DNA of 64,000 nucleotides. Origin: Methylococcaceae bacterium (GTDB lineage Bacteria > Pseudomonadota > Gammaproteobacteria > Methylococcales > Methylomonadaceae). The position numbers were made by a program, and so were the translations under genes. Shown piece after piece: positions 38,579 through 49,768 of the stretch; position 1 is the first letter of the stretch; each line of letters opens with the position of its first letter. Location: positions 2,729 to 66,728 of the forward strand of contig JAIPFI010000001.1 in assembly GCA_021736705.1 (NCBI GenBank), written 5' to 3'. A model generated the notes under the pieces. That model did not search any database and was not told the origin of the DNA. It saw only the letters and a list, made by a program, of their open reading frames with translations.

Positions 38579-38612
38579 GTTTCATGGTTTTGTAATATAA
38601 GAACTATATAAT
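38579..38612 (+). promoter_or_regulatory. Second Pho box and -10 upstream of pstC
   Basis: GTTTCAT-GGTT-TTGTAAT, then TATAAT 10 nt downstream. Confidence 0.6.
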
Positions 38613-38653
38613 TCAGGCTTGCTTTGTGACTCAATTATTTTTATCGTTAAACT

Positions 38654-40900
38654 ATGACTGTATCTAAACTTCAGATAAGCGAAACTTATCAAAAGTGGCG
38701 TAAGATAAAAGACCAACTCACTCGCTATGCGGTAGTTGCCGGTGGCTTGGGCGTTATTGTCGCCATTGTCTTAATTTTTTTCTACTTAATGTATGTGGTT
38801 TATCCTCTATTTATTGCAGCGGATGCTCATGCTTTATATGAATATGAGCTACCTGAGAAAGCAGCAGGAAAGAGTCTTTACTTAACAACCGAAGAGCAAA
38901 ATGAAGTCGCAGTGCGCTTTACCGATCAAGGTAAGGCTGTTTTTTTTGCTACAGAAACAGGTAAAATTCTTAAAATCCAATCAGTTATCCCTGAAGATGT
39001 AAAAATTACTAGCTTTAGCGTGGGTACGCAGTCGCGAGGAAATGTTGCTTACGGCCTAAGCAATGGCAACGTTATTATTGCGCGACATAAATATCAAATA
39101 ACGTATCCAGATGATAAACGCTTAATTACTCCGCAACTTAAGTTTCCATTGGGTGAGCAAGCACTTCAGATCGATCCGCAAGGTCAAGCAATAACTCATG
39201 TAGCTTTTAGAGTGAACGATTCGGGCACTACTGTCGTCGCAATAACTGCAGATAATCGAGTGTTATTGACTAATTTTTTTAAGGAGGATTCTCTTTTTTC
39301 TGATGACGCTAGTTTTGAACGCGTTAATGTGGAAATAGATGTTAATGCTAAAGATATCAAGTATATCTTGCTTGATAAAGAGCAGCGTAACCTGTATTTA
39401 GCAAGTAGTACGGGGCGCTTAAGTATGTTTGATGTTAGTGATAAAGAGCGTCCGCTACTTATTCAGCATACAGAGCTTTTGAATATCAAGGATACGTTAA
39501 CCAGTTTGGTATTTTTGACGGGTGAACTGTCTTTATTGGCAGGTGACAGTACGGGTCTAGTATCGCAATGGAGTGCTGTGCGCAATGTTAGCAACCATAT
39601 ATCTCTGCAAAAATTACGTACTTTCAAAGTTTCAGATTATGCCGTTGTCGGCATTGATGCCGAGCAGCGCAGAAAAGGTTTTGTTACTGTTGATGCTAAA
39701 GGTGTTGTTGGAATTTATCATTCAACCGCTGAAAGGGAATTGTTGAAAGCGCATGTAACTTCAGTGCAGCCGAAATTATTGGCTATGTCACCTAGAGCGA
39801 ACGTTTTCTTGTTAGAGGATGCACAAGAAATGATTCATATCTGGCATGTTGAGAATGAACACCCGGAAGTATCAATTAAATCCATTTGGCAAGAAGTTTG
39901 GTACGAAAGCTATCCTAAGCCTGATTATATCTGGCAATCTTCCTCTTCAAGCAATGATTTTGAGCCTAAATACAGTTTAACGCCCTTGGTATTTGGTACG
40001 TTAAAAGCGGCATTTTATGCAATGATGATTGCCGTACCTCTGGCTATTATGGGTGCTATTTATACTGCCTACTTTATGAGCTCTGGTATGCGTAGAGTGG
40101 TGAAGCCAAGTATTGAAATTATGGAGGCTTTGCCAACTGTGATTTTGGGGTTCTTGGCGGGGCTTTGGCTGGCACCTTTTGTTGAAGAAAACTTAATGGC
40201 GGTGTTTAGTATTTTATTAACATTGCCTGTTGCGGTGCTGTTATTTGCTTATTTATGGCAGTATATTCCAAAAGATATACGCTTAAAAGTGCCAGAAGGA
40301 ACTGAGGCCTTAGTATTAATTCCGGTTATTTTTTTGGCGACTTACTTTGCAATGAGTGTAAGTGGTTCTCTGGAAGCCATGATGTTTAATGGCGATCTTA
40401 TCCGATGGTTTAATACTGAATGGGGCATAGGTTATGATCAGCGTAACTCCCTGGTGGTTGGTATTGCTATGGGCTTCGCGGTGATTCCAACTATTTTTTC
40501 AATCACTGAAGATGCTATTTTTAGCGTGCCTAAACATTTAACTGTCGGCTCTTTAGCTCTAGGCGCAACGCCTTGGCAAACGATGACCAAAGTTGTGTTA
40601 TTAACGGCTAGCCCCGGCATTTTCTCAGCGGTAATGATTGGCTTAGGGCGTGCCGTGGGCGAGACTATGATTGTATTAATGGCAACCGGCAATACACCAG
40701 TGATGGATTTAAGTGTATTTCAAGGTATGCGTACGCTATCAGCTAATATTGCCGTGGAAATGCCGGAGTCAGAAGTGGATAGTACTCATTATCGCGTGTT
40801 ATTTCTTGCTGCTTTAGTATTGTTTTCTTTTACCTTTATTTTTAATACTTTAGCTGAAATTGTACGTCAGCGCTTACGTGAAAAATACAGTTCATTATGA
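38654..40900 (+). CDS. pstC: Phosphate ABC permease PstC with large periplasmic N-terminal domain
   Basis: LVFGTLK, EALPTVILG, SLALGATPWQT, RAVGETM. Confidence 0.95.
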   Translation: MTVSKLQISETYQKWRKIKDQLTRYAVVAGGLGVIVAIVLIFFYLMYVVYPLFIAADAHALYEYELPEKAAGKSLYLTTEEQNEVAVRFTDQGKAVFFATETGKILKIQSVIPEDVKITSFSVGTQSRGNVAYGLSNGNVIIARHKYQITYPDDKRLITPQLKFPLGEQALQIDPQGQAITHVAFRVNDSGTTVVAITADNRVLLTNFFKEDSLFSDDASFERVNVEIDVNAKDIKYILLDKEQRNLYLASSTGRLSMFDVSDKERPLLIQHTELLNIKDTLTSLVFLTGELSLLAGDSTGLVSQWSAVRNVSNHISLQKLRTFKVSDYAVVGIDAEQRRKGFVTVDAKGVVGIYHSTAERELLKAHVTSVQPKLLAMSPRANVFLLEDAQEMIHIWHVENEHPEVSIKSIWQEVWYESYPKPDYIWQSSSSSNDFEPKYSLTPLVFGTLKAAFYAMMIAVPLAIMGAIYTAYFMSSGMRRVVKPSIEIMEALPTVILGFLAGLWLAPFVEENLMAVFSILLTLPVAVLLFAYLWQYIPKDIRLKVPEGTEALVLIPVIFLATYFAMSVSGSLEAMMFNGDLIRWFNTEWGIGYDQRNSLVVGIAMGFAVIPTIFSITEDAIFSVPKHLTVGSLALGATPWQTMTKVVLLTASPGIFSAVMIGLGRAVGETMIVLMATGNTPVMDLSVFQGMRTLSANIAVEMPESEVDSTHYRVLFLAALVLFSFTFIFNTLAEIVRQRLREKYSSL

Positions 40901-40940
40901 TAATGCTTGATTATAAAAATTCAGATCTAAAGGTGTCAGT

Positions 40941-42599
40941 ATGATTCGTGAATGGTTTAAAACCGGCGCGCCGTGGGTATGGTTAAATGCTGCTGCGGTG
41001 AGTTTAAGTTTAATTATGGTTTTTGGTTTGCTCGCTTTGATAGCGATTCGTGGCTTAGGGCATTTTTGGCCGGCAGATGTTGCTTCCATTGCTTATGTGG
41101 AAAAGGCGAATGAGCAGCCTATCACCCTTGTTGGTGAAATGGTTGATCAGCAAGTGTTAAAACCTGAGCTCGCCAAAGCGGCTGGTTACACTCCTGAGCA
41201 GGCAGCGGCAGGCTTAACGCAATATTTAGTTAAAATCGGTAACAGAGATATTGGTGGTTTGGATTTTCGCTGGTTACTGGGTAAAGATATTAAACAAACT
41301 GAGTATCCTGAAAATTTAATGGTACTGGAGCGGCGCGAGTGGGGTAATTTTTACGGTTATTTAGAGGCTATAAAAGAAGAGGGTAATGTTGTTGCGCAAG
41401 GCGCACAAGCTTGGGTAATATTAGCAGAGCGTATGGAGCGCACGCTGGATATTTTTGAGCGAATTAAGGATATAGAAAAAGGCGAAATTGGTACGATCAA
41501 TTACCAATTGGAGCGCTTACGTTTAAAAGAGCGTAAATTAGAGCTTGAAGATAAGTTGGATGCACAAGCAAAACAAAACCTTGCTAGCGAAAAAGCAGAA
41601 TTTGAAAAAGCATATCAAGCTTTGCAGGCTAATTTAGCCGATCTTAACCAGAAAATTAGACGTGATAGTTTGGTTGCTAAAGTTGCTAATGGACAGGAAG
41701 TTGAGATTTCCCTAGAAAAAATTGTGCTTTATTACCGGCCTAATGCCATGGGTCTTTTTCAAAAGATAGGTCATTATTTTGCTAAAGTCGGCTTATTTCT
41801 TAGTGAAGAGCCGCGCGAAGCCAATACTGAGGGTGGGGTATTTCCCGCTATTTTCGGAACGGTTATGATGGTTATGATTATGGCTGTTATTGTGACTCCT
41901 TTTGGTGTTATTGCAGCTGTGTATATGCGTGAATATGCCAAACAAGGCATTTTGACGCGTATTATACGCATTGCTGTGAATAACTTAGCGGGTGTACCTT
42001 CAATAGTCTATGGTGTATTTGGTTTGGGTTTTTTCGTCTATATTTTAGGTGGCAATATTGATAGTTTGTTTTTTCCTGAAGCATTACCTGCCCCTACTTA
42101 TGGTACGCCAGGGATGTTTTGGGCTTCATTGACGCTAGCCTTATTAACTTTGCCAGTGGTCATTGTTGCTACAGAAGAAGGTTTGTCACGTGTCCCTAAA
42201 TCCATTCGTGAAGGTAGTTTGGCATTGGGTGCGACTAAAGCGGAAACCTTATGGCTTACTGTGTTACCTATGGCGAGCCCAGCCATGATGACGGGATTGA
42301 TTTTGGCGGTTGCGCGAGCCGCGGGTGAAGTTGCTCCTTTAATGTTGGTTGGGGTGGTGAAATTGGCGCCTACTTTGCCTTTAGATGGTAACTTTCCTTT
42401 TATGCATTTAGATAGAAAGTTTATGCATTTAGGCTTTCATATTTATGATGTGGGCTTTCAAAGTCCGAATGTTGAAGCGGCTAGGCCATTAGTTTATGCG
42501 ACCTCATTGCTATTGGTTATGGTTATTATCAGTTTAAATTTATTTGCTGTCAGTATTAGAAATCATTTGCGCGAGAAGTATAAAGCCTTGGAAAATTAG
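40941..42599 (+). CDS. pstA: Phosphate ABC permease PstA
   Basis: PREANTEGG, LAGVPSIVYG, SLALGAT, ARAAGEVAP. Confidence 0.96.
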   Translation: MIREWFKTGAPWVWLNAAAVSLSLIMVFGLLALIAIRGLGHFWPADVASIAYVEKANEQPITLVGEMVDQQVLKPELAKAAGYTPEQAAAGLTQYLVKIGNRDIGGLDFRWLLGKDIKQTEYPENLMVLERREWGNFYGYLEAIKEEGNVVAQGAQAWVILAERMERTLDIFERIKDIEKGEIGTINYQLERLRLKERKLELEDKLDAQAKQNLASEKAEFEKAYQALQANLADLNQKIRRDSLVAKVANGQEVEISLEKIVLYYRPNAMGLFQKIGHYFAKVGLFLSEEPREANTEGGVFPAIFGTVMMVMIMAVIVTPFGVIAAVYMREYAKQGILTRIIRIAVNNLAGVPSIVYGVFGLGFFVYILGGNIDSLFFPEALPAPTYGTPGMFWASLTLALLTLPVVIVATEEGLSRVPKSIREGSLALGATKAETLWLTVLPMASPAMMTGLILAVARAAGEVAPLMLVGVVKLAPTLPLDGNFPFMHLDRKFMHLGFHIYDVGFQSPNVEAARPLVYATSLLLVMVIISLNLFAVSIRNHLREKYKALEN

Positions 42600-42654
42600 T
42601 GGCTGATACACCGTTAATATCGAACATTATTTAAAAAATAAACAGAGTGATCTT

Positions 42655-43488
42655 ATGAGTTCAGAACCTGTACGTACACATGCCATTGATATGAGTGCTA
42701 TTGCGCAAAAAAATCAGCCGAATAAAGGTATGAATGAAACCAGTATTCAAATACAAAACTTAAACTTGTTTTATGGAGAGAAACAAGCCTTGCATGGCAT
42801 TAATATGGAAATTCCAAAGAAGCAAGTGACTGCTTATATCGGTCCAAGTGGCTGCGGTAAATCGACTTTATTGCGTTGTATTAACCGTATGAATGATTTG
42901 GTGGATAGCGCGAGGATCGAAGGTAAGATAAATATCGAAGGTAAAGATATTTATCAGCCTGGTGTTGATGTTGCAGAGTTGCGTCGTCATGTAGGCATGG
43001 TATTTCAAAAGCCTAATCCTTTCCCCAAGTCGATTTATGAGAATGTTGCCTATGGACTGCGCATCCAAGGTATTAATGATCGTCGAATTTTAGATGAAGC
43101 GGTAGAAAAGTCATTACGCGGCGCAGCGATTTGGGATGAAGTCAAAGATAGATTGCAAGATAATGCGCTGGGTATATCTGGCGGGCAGCAGCAGCGTTTG
43201 GTTATTGCGCGTGCAATTGCAATTGAGCCGACGATTTTATTGTTGGATGAGCCGTCATCTGCTTTGGATCCTATTTCATCATTAAAAATTGAAGAATTAA
43301 TTAATGAGTTGAAAGAAACTTATACCATTGTTATTGTTACTCATAATATGCAGCAAGCGGCTCGGGTTTCTGATTTCACCGCCTTTATGTATATGGGAGA
43401 TTTAATTGAATTTGGTGACACGAATACTATCTTCACTAACCCTGAGAAAAAGCAGACGGAAGATTATATTACCGGTCGTTACGGCTAA
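42655..43488 (+). CDS. pstB: Phosphate ABC ATPase PstB
   Basis: [41 protein letters not shown]. Confidence 0.98.
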   Translation: MSSEPVRTHAIDMSAIAQKNQPNKGMNETSIQIQNLNLFYGEKQALHGINMEIPKKQVTAYIGPSGCGKSTLLRCINRMNDLVDSARIEGKINIEGKDIYQPGVDVAELRRHVGMVFQKPNPFPKSIYENVAYGLRIQGINDRRILDEAVEKSLRGAAIWDEVKDRLQDNALGISGGQQQRLVIARAIAIEPTILLLDEPSSALDPISSLKIEELINELKETYTIVIVTHNMQQAARVSDFTAFMYMGDLIEFGDTNTIFTNPEKKQTEDYITGRYG

Positions 43489-43514
43489 ACACACGATATT
43501 GAGCGAGTAAAAAA

Positions 43515-44237
43515 ATGGATAAGCAGCAAATAGGTAAGCATATTTCTCATAAGTTTAATGAAGAAATAGAAAATATCCGTAATCAATTTTTAGTAATGGG
43601 CGGATTGGTTGAGCAGCAATTGGCTGATGCCGTTGAAGCATTAGTGACCGGTAATCTTCAATTAGCTGAAAAGGTTATTCAGGCTGATACTCAGGTCAAT
43701 GACCTAGAGCATGATATTGATGAAGCTTGTTTGTTAGTTATTGCTAAAAGGCAGCCGACTGCTTTTGATCTGCGTTTATTAATTGCTATTTCCAAGGCAA
43801 TTAGTGAGTTAGAGCGCGTGGGTGATCAAGCTAAGCGTATTGCTGATATGGCAATTAAACTCGAAGAGTTTAATAAAGGCTACACTGATTTTCATGAGTT
43901 AAAGCATTTATTAGAATTAGTTAGATCTATATTGAATGATGCATTGGATGCTTTTGCACGATTGGATGTCGAGAGGGCGGTTGATGTGGTTATTCGCGAT
44001 AAAGACGTTGACCAAGAGTACATTAGTATTTTCCGTCAACTTACTTTGTCCATGATGGAGGACAGTCGAAATATCAAACGGACACTCAATATCATGAATG
44101 CAATCCGTTCATTGGAAAGAATAAGTGATCATGCCGGTAACGTTTGTGATTATGTGATTTATGCAGTACAAGGACAAGACGTGAGACATGTTCCTGATGA
44201 TCAGATCAAAGCTACCGTGTTAGGTCGTAAGGCTTAA
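43515..44237 (+). CDS. phoU: Phosphate signalling protein PhoU
   Basis: MGGLVE, RQPTA.DLR, LERVGD, LERISDHA.N. Confidence 0.97.
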   Translation: MDKQQIGKHISHKFNEEIENIRNQFLVMGGLVEQQLADAVEALVTGNLQLAEKVIQADTQVNDLEHDIDEACLLVIAKRQPTAFDLRLLIAISKAISELERVGDQAKRIADMAIKLEEFNKGYTDFHELKHLLELVRSILNDALDAFARLDVERAVDVVIRDKDVDQEYISIFRQLTLSMMEDSRNIKRTLNIMNAIRSLERISDHAGNVCDYVIYAVQGQDVRHVPDDQIKATVLGRKA

Positions 44238-44270
44238 ATTGGTGATACTAGATTTCTAAAACAGTATGAT

Positions 44271-44300
44271 AAGGGCTGACATTCGTCGGCCCTTTTTGTT
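44271..44300 (+). terminator. Rho-independent terminator after phoU
   Basis: AAGGGCTGAC-ATTC-GTCGGCCCTTTTTGTT. Confidence 0.85.
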
Positions 44301-44467
44301 TGTCGCGTTACGGCATCGGCTGGGTTTTTCTCTCGAATAAGGCCTGTCGGCATTAAAAAACTAGGGCTATACCTTTCATGCCTATTCGTAGCAACCTATA
44401 ATATTTTTAGTTAATTAACTAGCTTGCATTATAGTCACTAATTAAGCGAAAATTTTGAGGCGGTTTT

Positions 44468-45370
44468 ATGGATAAATTAACGGGAATGAAAGTATTTGCC
44501 AGTGTTGCCAGAGCAGGTAGTTTTGTTGGTGGCGCGAAAGAAATGTCTATCTCCAGGGCGATGGCAACCAAGCATATTGGCCACTTAGAAAGCTATTTAG
44601 GTGCTCGCTTATTTAACCGGACTACACGTAGCTTAAGCTTAACTGATGTTGGAGCTGCCTATTTGCAACGCTGCCGCACCATTCTTTCAGAGATTGATGA
44701 AATGGAAGATGCTGTCACGCAACTGCATACCGAACCCAGAGGCAGGTTGAAAATCAGTTCACCCCCCATTATTGGTGCTTTATATATTGCACCTGCTATT
44801 GCCGAGTTTTTGGCTATGCATAAAGACCTATCGGTTACTTTAGTTTTACAAAGTAATTTTGGCGATTTGGTCGATGAAGGCATCGATGTAGCTATTACTT
44901 TTGGCGGTTTAGAGGATACCAGTCATATTGCTAAAAAGTTGGCAAGTTCGCCTTTGTTGGTCTGTGGTTCACCCGCTTATTTTGAAGAGCGAGGCAAGCC
45001 ACTTGTGCCGGACGATTTACTGAATCATAGTTGCTTGGTTAATTGGGCTATTCCTCCTCGAAATAAATGGCTTTTTAGGGGGTTGGAGGGGAAAAAAGAG
45101 GTGCTTGTTACAGGACGGATGCAAGCTAATGCTGCCGATCCTATTCGAATTGCAGCCAAAAAAGGCTTGGGATTGGTCATGTTGCCCGAGTATATTGTTG
45201 CTCGAGATATAGAAAAGGGTTATTTACAGGTCGTTTTAGATGATTATGCAATAGAGCCTATGAATATTCATGCGGTCTATCCGCACCGGAAATATTTATC
45301 CGCTAAAGTTCGTACTTTTTTAGTATTTCTTGAAGAATGGCTGAAAACAAGATCTGCTGCTCGTGAATAA
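44468..45370 (+). CDS. LysR-family regulator (CrgA-like)
   Basis: N-terminal HTH, LFNRTTRSLSLT, PRGRLKIS, YLSAKVRTF. Confidence 0.93.
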   Translation: MDKLTGMKVFASVARAGSFVGGAKEMSISRAMATKHIGHLESYLGARLFNRTTRSLSLTDVGAAYLQRCRTILSEIDEMEDAVTQLHTEPRGRLKISSPPIIGALYIAPAIAEFLAMHKDLSVTLVLQSNFGDLVDEGIDVAITFGGLEDTSHIAKKLASSPLLVCGSPAYFEERGKPLVPDDLLNHSCLVNWAIPPRNKWLFRGLEGKKEVLVTGRMQANAADPIRIAAKKGLGLVMLPEYIVARDIEKGYLQVVLDDYAIEPMNIHAVYPHRKYLSAKVRTFLVFLEEWLKTRSAARE

Positions 45371-45421
45371 GTCGCTTGTTGATAAGGGGTGAAAATTAAA
45401 TAATATGCGAATCTTTCCTTC

Positions 45422-45474
45422 TGTAGGAGTGGCTTTTAGCCTCTGGGAACTGAGACTGAAAAATTGTTCCTACA
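45422..45474. repeat. Degenerate REP doublet with TGTAGGA...TCCTACA ends
   Basis: GTAG-type termini in inverted orientation; internal GGCT-TTT-AGCC. Confidence 0.5.
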
Positions 45475-45480
45475 ATAAAA

Positions 45481-46100
45481 GCTAATCTTGATTTATTGCC
45501 GACATCTGGGCAAGCATTAGACTTGGTTAGGAATGTGCATGAAATAATGTCTTCATCTTAGGAGCGCAGGCAGCTTGCCTGCGAAAGGCAGACGAGCCGT
45601 CTGCGCTCCCACAAAAAAATTAGTTGTCGAAGTTATTTTGTGCTCATTCCTTAGTGGTTTTGCTGCTAATGCTCTGTTGCTGGTTAAGCAGAGCATGACG
45701 GTGTAGGTATCCGATATTTCTTCGTTTGCCTTAGAAAGATTACACAGTCAAGCTGACACTAAAGCCTTAGCCATTAAGACATTCACCTAAGAAAATACGC
45801 CGAGTAGTTTTTCTGCAAGCTGTTTTGATGTGGTCGTTGTGAGTCGATTCCTTGACCGTTCGATTTGTAATGCGATAATGGAACGTTTAAGGCCTAATGG
45901 CTTGCTTTTTTATCAAACTTATCCGCATGGATCTAAAAATCCGATTGTTTCTACTCGCAGATAATGAAATGTTAAGTTTCTTTTTTCCGATGAAGGTTAT
46001 TTATTATCCGGAAAATAGGCATTTAGGTGATATATAACAAGATTTTAGAAATGAAGCGCAATTTATCGGCAAAAGTTTGGTAATTCGCCTTAGTTTATAG
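45481..46100 (+). pseudogene. Class I SAM-dependent methyltransferase (TehB-like) pseudogene interrupted by a MITE
   Basis: Reconstructs to LLPTSGQALDLVSGFAANALLL...FDVVVVSRFLDR...LRPNGLLFYQTY...FLLADNEML...FRNEAQFIG; stops at 45704, 45788, 46035; frameshift near 45945. Confidence 0.85.
45530..45650. mobile_element. 121-bp MITE (copy 2)
   Basis: Differs from 434-553 by one substitution and one extra A; TTA at 45527-45529 and 45651-45653. Confidence 0.88.
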
Positions 46101-46124
46101 TCTACAAACTCATAGAATGAACGC

Positions 46125-46520
46125 ATGATAGAGAACTTAACACCCCAACAGTGCTGGACATATATGCAGGAAAATCCTTCTGCGGTAATGATTGACGTCA
46201 GAACTAAAGTTGAGCATGGCTTTGTGGGGCATCCCTTGTCAGCGGTACATGTACCTTGGAAAGAGTCTCCAGATTGGCAAGTTAATGCACAATTTGTTGA
46301 GCAAGTAAAAGTAGCTGTTAATCATGATTTAACTAGGCCTGTGTTACTTTTATGTCGTAGTGGCCAGCGTTCTCTTGATGCGGCACAAGCCTTGGAAGAG
46401 GCAGGTTTTGCACATTCGATTAATATATTGGATGGCTTTGAAGGTGCTTTAGATGATAATAAGCATCGAGGCAATCTCAGTGGCTGGCGCTATTGCCAAT
46501 TACCTTGGGAACAAAGCTAA
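46125..46520 (+). CDS. Single-domain rhodanese
   Basis: IDVRT..E...VGHP, active loop CRSGQRS, GFEG, GWR...LPWEQ. Confidence 0.92.
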   Translation: MIENLTPQQCWTYMQENPSAVMIDVRTKVEHGFVGHPLSAVHVPWKESPDWQVNAQFVEQVKVAVNHDLTRPVLLLCRSGQRSLDAAQALEEAGFAHSINILDGFEGALDDNKHRGNLSGWRYCQLPWEQS

Positions 46521-46578
46521 TAAATACGCTGTTTGATCAAACAACCCCCCCGATTTTTAAATTAACCGTACAAATAAA

Positions 46579-48384
46579 GTGATAGATAAATTAAGAAATA
46601 TAGCAATCATTGCGCACGTTGACCATGGTAAAACAACTCTGGTTGATAAATTATTAGAGCAGTCAGGTACTTTTTCAGCTCATGAAAAGACCTCTGAAAG
46701 AATGATGGATTCCAACGATCTTGAAAAAGAGCGTGGTATTACTATTCTGGCAAAAAATACTGCAATTGACTGGAATGGCTATCACATTAATATTGTAGAT
46801 ACACCAGGACATGCTGACTTCGGTGGTGAGGTTGAGCGTGTTTTATCTATGGTTGACTCTGTGTTGCTATTGGTTGATGCCGTTGATGGGCCTATGCCAC
46901 AAACGCGTTTTGTGACTAAAAAAGCGTTTGCTTTGGGTTTGAAGCCTATCGTTGTTATTAACAAAGTTGACCGTCCAGGCGCGCGTCCTGATTGGGTTGT
47001 TGATCAAACATTTGATTTGTTTGATAACTTGGGTGCAACGGATGAGCAATTAGATTTCCCAATTATCTATGCGTCTGCTTTAAATGGTTTTGCAGGTTTA
47101 GAGGCTGATGTTTCTGGTGGTGATATGACGCCATTATTTCAAACCATTATTGATAAAGTAACCCCGCCGCCTGTTGATATTGATGCACCTTTTCAGATGC
47201 AAGTTATCAGTTTAGATTATAACTCTTACGTCGGTGTTATCGGCGTTGGACGTATACAGCGTGGTACAGTAAAGAGAAATATGCCGTTAACTTTAGTGGA
47301 TGCTGAAGGCAAAAAACGTAACGGTCGTATGTTAAAGATTTATGGGTTTAGCGGCTTAGAACGCGTTGAAGTAGATTCTGCACAAGCGGGTGATATTATC
47401 GCTTTCTGTGGCATTGAAAACCTACAAATCTCTGAGACTATATGTCACCCAGATTACGTAGAAGCATTGCCTGCTCTATCCATTGATGAGCCAACAGTGA
47501 GCATGACTTTCCAAGTAAACAATTCTCCGTTTGCAGGAAAAGAAGGTAAGTTCATTACCACGCGTCAAATTTATGATCGTTTACAAAAAGAATTACAACA
47601 CAATGTTGCTTTGCGTGTTGAGACCACTGATGACCCAGATAAATTTAAAGTATCAGGCCGTGGAGAGTTGCATTTATCTGTTTTAATTGAAAACATGCGC
47701 CGCGAAGGTTATGAAATGGGCGTTTCTCGTCCACAAGTTATTATCAAAGAAATTGATGGCGTTAAGTCTGAGCCTTATGAAAATGTAACCATTGAAGTTG
47801 AAGAGCAGCATCAAGGTGCGATCATGGAAAAATTAGGTGATCGTAAAGGTGATCTAAAAGACATGGTGCCAGATGGTAAAGGGCGTATTCGTTTGGAGTA
47901 TGTTGTACCTTCTCGCGGTTTATTGGGCTTTCAAACAGAATTTTTAACAGCAACTTCTGGTTCTGGTTTGTTCTACCACGTCTTTGATCATTACGGTGCA
48001 GTAAAAGAGGGGGCTGTTGGTAATCGTATTCGTGGTGTATTAATTTCCATGTCTAAAGGTAAAGCGGTGGATTATTCTTTATACCCACTGCAAGCCCGTG
48101 GTGAATTGTTGGTTGTTAACGGCGATGAAATCTACGAAGGTCAATTAGTGGGCATTCATTCACGCACTAATGATTTAGTTGTTAATCCGACTAAACCTAA
48201 GCCATTAACTAACGTTCGTGCATCAGGTACCGATGAAAGCTTGACCTGTGCGAGAATTCAAAAAATGACGTTAGAGCAAGCTTTAGAGTTTATTGCTGAT
48301 GATGAGTTGGTTGAAGTCACACCTAAATCGATTCGTCTGCGCAAAATCCTATTGACTGAAAACGAGCGTAAACGCGCGAAGTAA
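46579..48384 (+). CDS. typA: Translational GTPase TypA/BipA
   Basis: [48 protein letters not shown]. Confidence 0.98.
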   Translation: MIDKLRNIAIIAHVDHGKTTLVDKLLEQSGTFSAHEKTSERMMDSNDLEKERGITILAKNTAIDWNGYHINIVDTPGHADFGGEVERVLSMVDSVLLLVDAVDGPMPQTRFVTKKAFALGLKPIVVINKVDRPGARPDWVVDQTFDLFDNLGATDEQLDFPIIYASALNGFAGLEADVSGGDMTPLFQTIIDKVTPPPVDIDAPFQMQVISLDYNSYVGVIGVGRIQRGTVKRNMPLTLVDAEGKKRNGRMLKIYGFSGLERVEVDSAQAGDIIAFCGIENLQISETICHPDYVEALPALSIDEPTVSMTFQVNNSPFAGKEGKFITTRQIYDRLQKELQHNVALRVETTDDPDKFKVSGRGELHLSVLIENMRREGYEMGVSRPQVIIKEIDGVKSEPYENVTIEVEEQHQGAIMEKLGDRKGDLKDMVPDGKGRIRLEYVVPSRGLLGFQTEFLTATSGSGLFYHVFDHYGAVKEGAVGNRIRGVLISMSKGKAVDYSLYPLQARGELLVVNGDEIYEGQLVGIHSRTNDLVVNPTKPKPLTNVRASGTDESLTCARIQKMTLEQALEFIADDELVEVTPKSIRLRKILLTENERKRAK

Positions 48385-48393
48385 TAATATCTG

Positions 48394-48420
48394 GGAGCGA
48401 GCGCATTGCTCGCTCCTTGT
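48394..48420 (+). terminator. Hairpin after typA
   Basis: GGAGCGAGC-GCATT-GCTCGCTCC, short T-rich tail. Confidence 0.6.
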
Positions 48421-48438
48421 ATTTAATAATGTAAAGAG

Positions 48439-49032
48439 ATGACAGATAGAATCGCAAGCGTTGAACGTAATACGCTGGAAACGCAAATTAGTATTAGCAT
48501 TAATTTAGATGGTACAGGTAAAGCTAGGTTTGATACTGGCGTCCCTTTTCTCGAACATATGCTGGATCAGATTGCGCGGCATGGCTTAATTGATATGGAT
48601 GTGACCTGTAAAGGTGATTTGCAAATTGATGATCACCATACCGTCGAAGATATAGGTATTACTTTAGGTAAGGCTTTCGCCAAAGCCTTAGGTGATAAAA
48701 AAGGTTTGTTTCGTTATGGTCATGCCTATGTGCCATTGGATGAATCTTTATCGCGTGTTGTTGTTGATTTTTCAGGTCGCCCTGGCTTGTATTATGACGT
48801 CCAATTTTCACGTGCGATGATTGGCACGTTTGATGTTGATTTATTGCGTGAATTCTTCCAAGGATTTGTTAATCATGCAGGTATTAGCTTACATATTGAT
48901 AACTTAAAAGGTGTCAATGCGCATCATATTGCCGAAACTGTTTTTAAAGCGATGGGTCGTGCCTTGCGTATGGCAATTGCTGAAGATCCGCGTATGGCTG
49001 GTATAATGCCGTCCACTAAAGGTGTTTTGTAA
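48439..49032 (+). CDS. hisB: Imidazoleglycerol-phosphate dehydratase
   Basis: [29 protein letters not shown]. Confidence 0.98.
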   Translation: MTDRIASVERNTLETQISISINLDGTGKARFDTGVPFLEHMLDQIARHGLIDMDVTCKGDLQIDDHHTVEDIGITLGKAFAKALGDKKGLFRYGHAYVPLDESLSRVVVDFSGRPGLYYDVQFSRAMIGTFDVDLLREFFQGFVNHAGISLHIDNLKGVNAHHIAETVFKAMGRALRMAIAEDPRMAGIMPSTKGVL

Positions 49033-49078
49033 GCTAACAAGCCTCCATGTTTTTAATTGATATATCTAATTTATTAAA

Positions 49079-49720
49079 ATGTCTTCTGTAGCAGTTATAG
49101 ATTATGGGATGGGTAATCTCCATTCTATCGCCAAAGCTTTGCAGCACGCAGCACCTGATGTTGATGTCCGTGTTGTTTCTGATAAAAAATCCATATTATC
49201 CGCTGATCGTGTAGTATTCCCTGGCGTGGGGGCTATGCGTGACTGTATGCATGCCTTACAAGGGAGTGAATTAAACTTAGTTATTACTCAAGTTGCGCAG
49301 ACTAGACCATTGCTTGGTATTTGTCTGGGAATGCAAGCGTTACTGACTAGCAGTGAAGAAAATCACGGTACTGAATGTTTGAATATTCTTCCCGGTCGAG
49401 TTAAACATTTTTCTGAAAATCTGTATGCTGCTAATGGTGAGCGTTTAAAAATTCCGCATATGGGTTGGAATCAAGTAGAACAAAAAAATCACCCTCTTTG
49501 GGAAGGGATTGCACAAAATAGCCGTTTCTATTTTGTGCATAGCTATTACACGCAACCTGAAGATTCTGCTATCGTAGCAGGGACGACTGAATACCCTGAA
49601 AAGTTTGCTTGTGCTTTAGCTAAAGATAATATCTTTGCCGTGCAGTTTCATCCTGAAAAAAGTCAAACAGCTGGATTACAGTTGCTTAATAATTTTTTAC
49701 ATTGGGATGGACAGGCTTAA
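49079..49720 (+). CDS. hisH: IGP synthase glutaminase subunit
   Basis: DYGMGNL, PGVGA, GICLGMQ, PHMGWN, QFHPEKS. Confidence 0.98.
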   Translation: MSSVAVIDYGMGNLHSIAKALQHAAPDVDVRVVSDKKSILSADRVVFPGVGAMRDCMHALQGSELNLVITQVAQTRPLLGICLGMQALLTSSEENHGTECLNILPGRVKHFSENLYAANGERLKIPHMGWNQVEQKNHPLWEGIAQNSRFYFVHSYYTQPEDSAIVAGTTEYPEKFACALAKDNIFAVQFHPEKSQTAGLQLLNNFLHWDGQA

Positions 49721-49768
49721 TTTAAGCGACCTCCCTAATTTTATTTCACTCTATTTGAGGCTAAAAAA

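Noticed and set aside
38654-42599. Unusually long PstC and PstA
   Set aside because: Large periplasmic extensions are a known Pseudomonas-type form of these permeases
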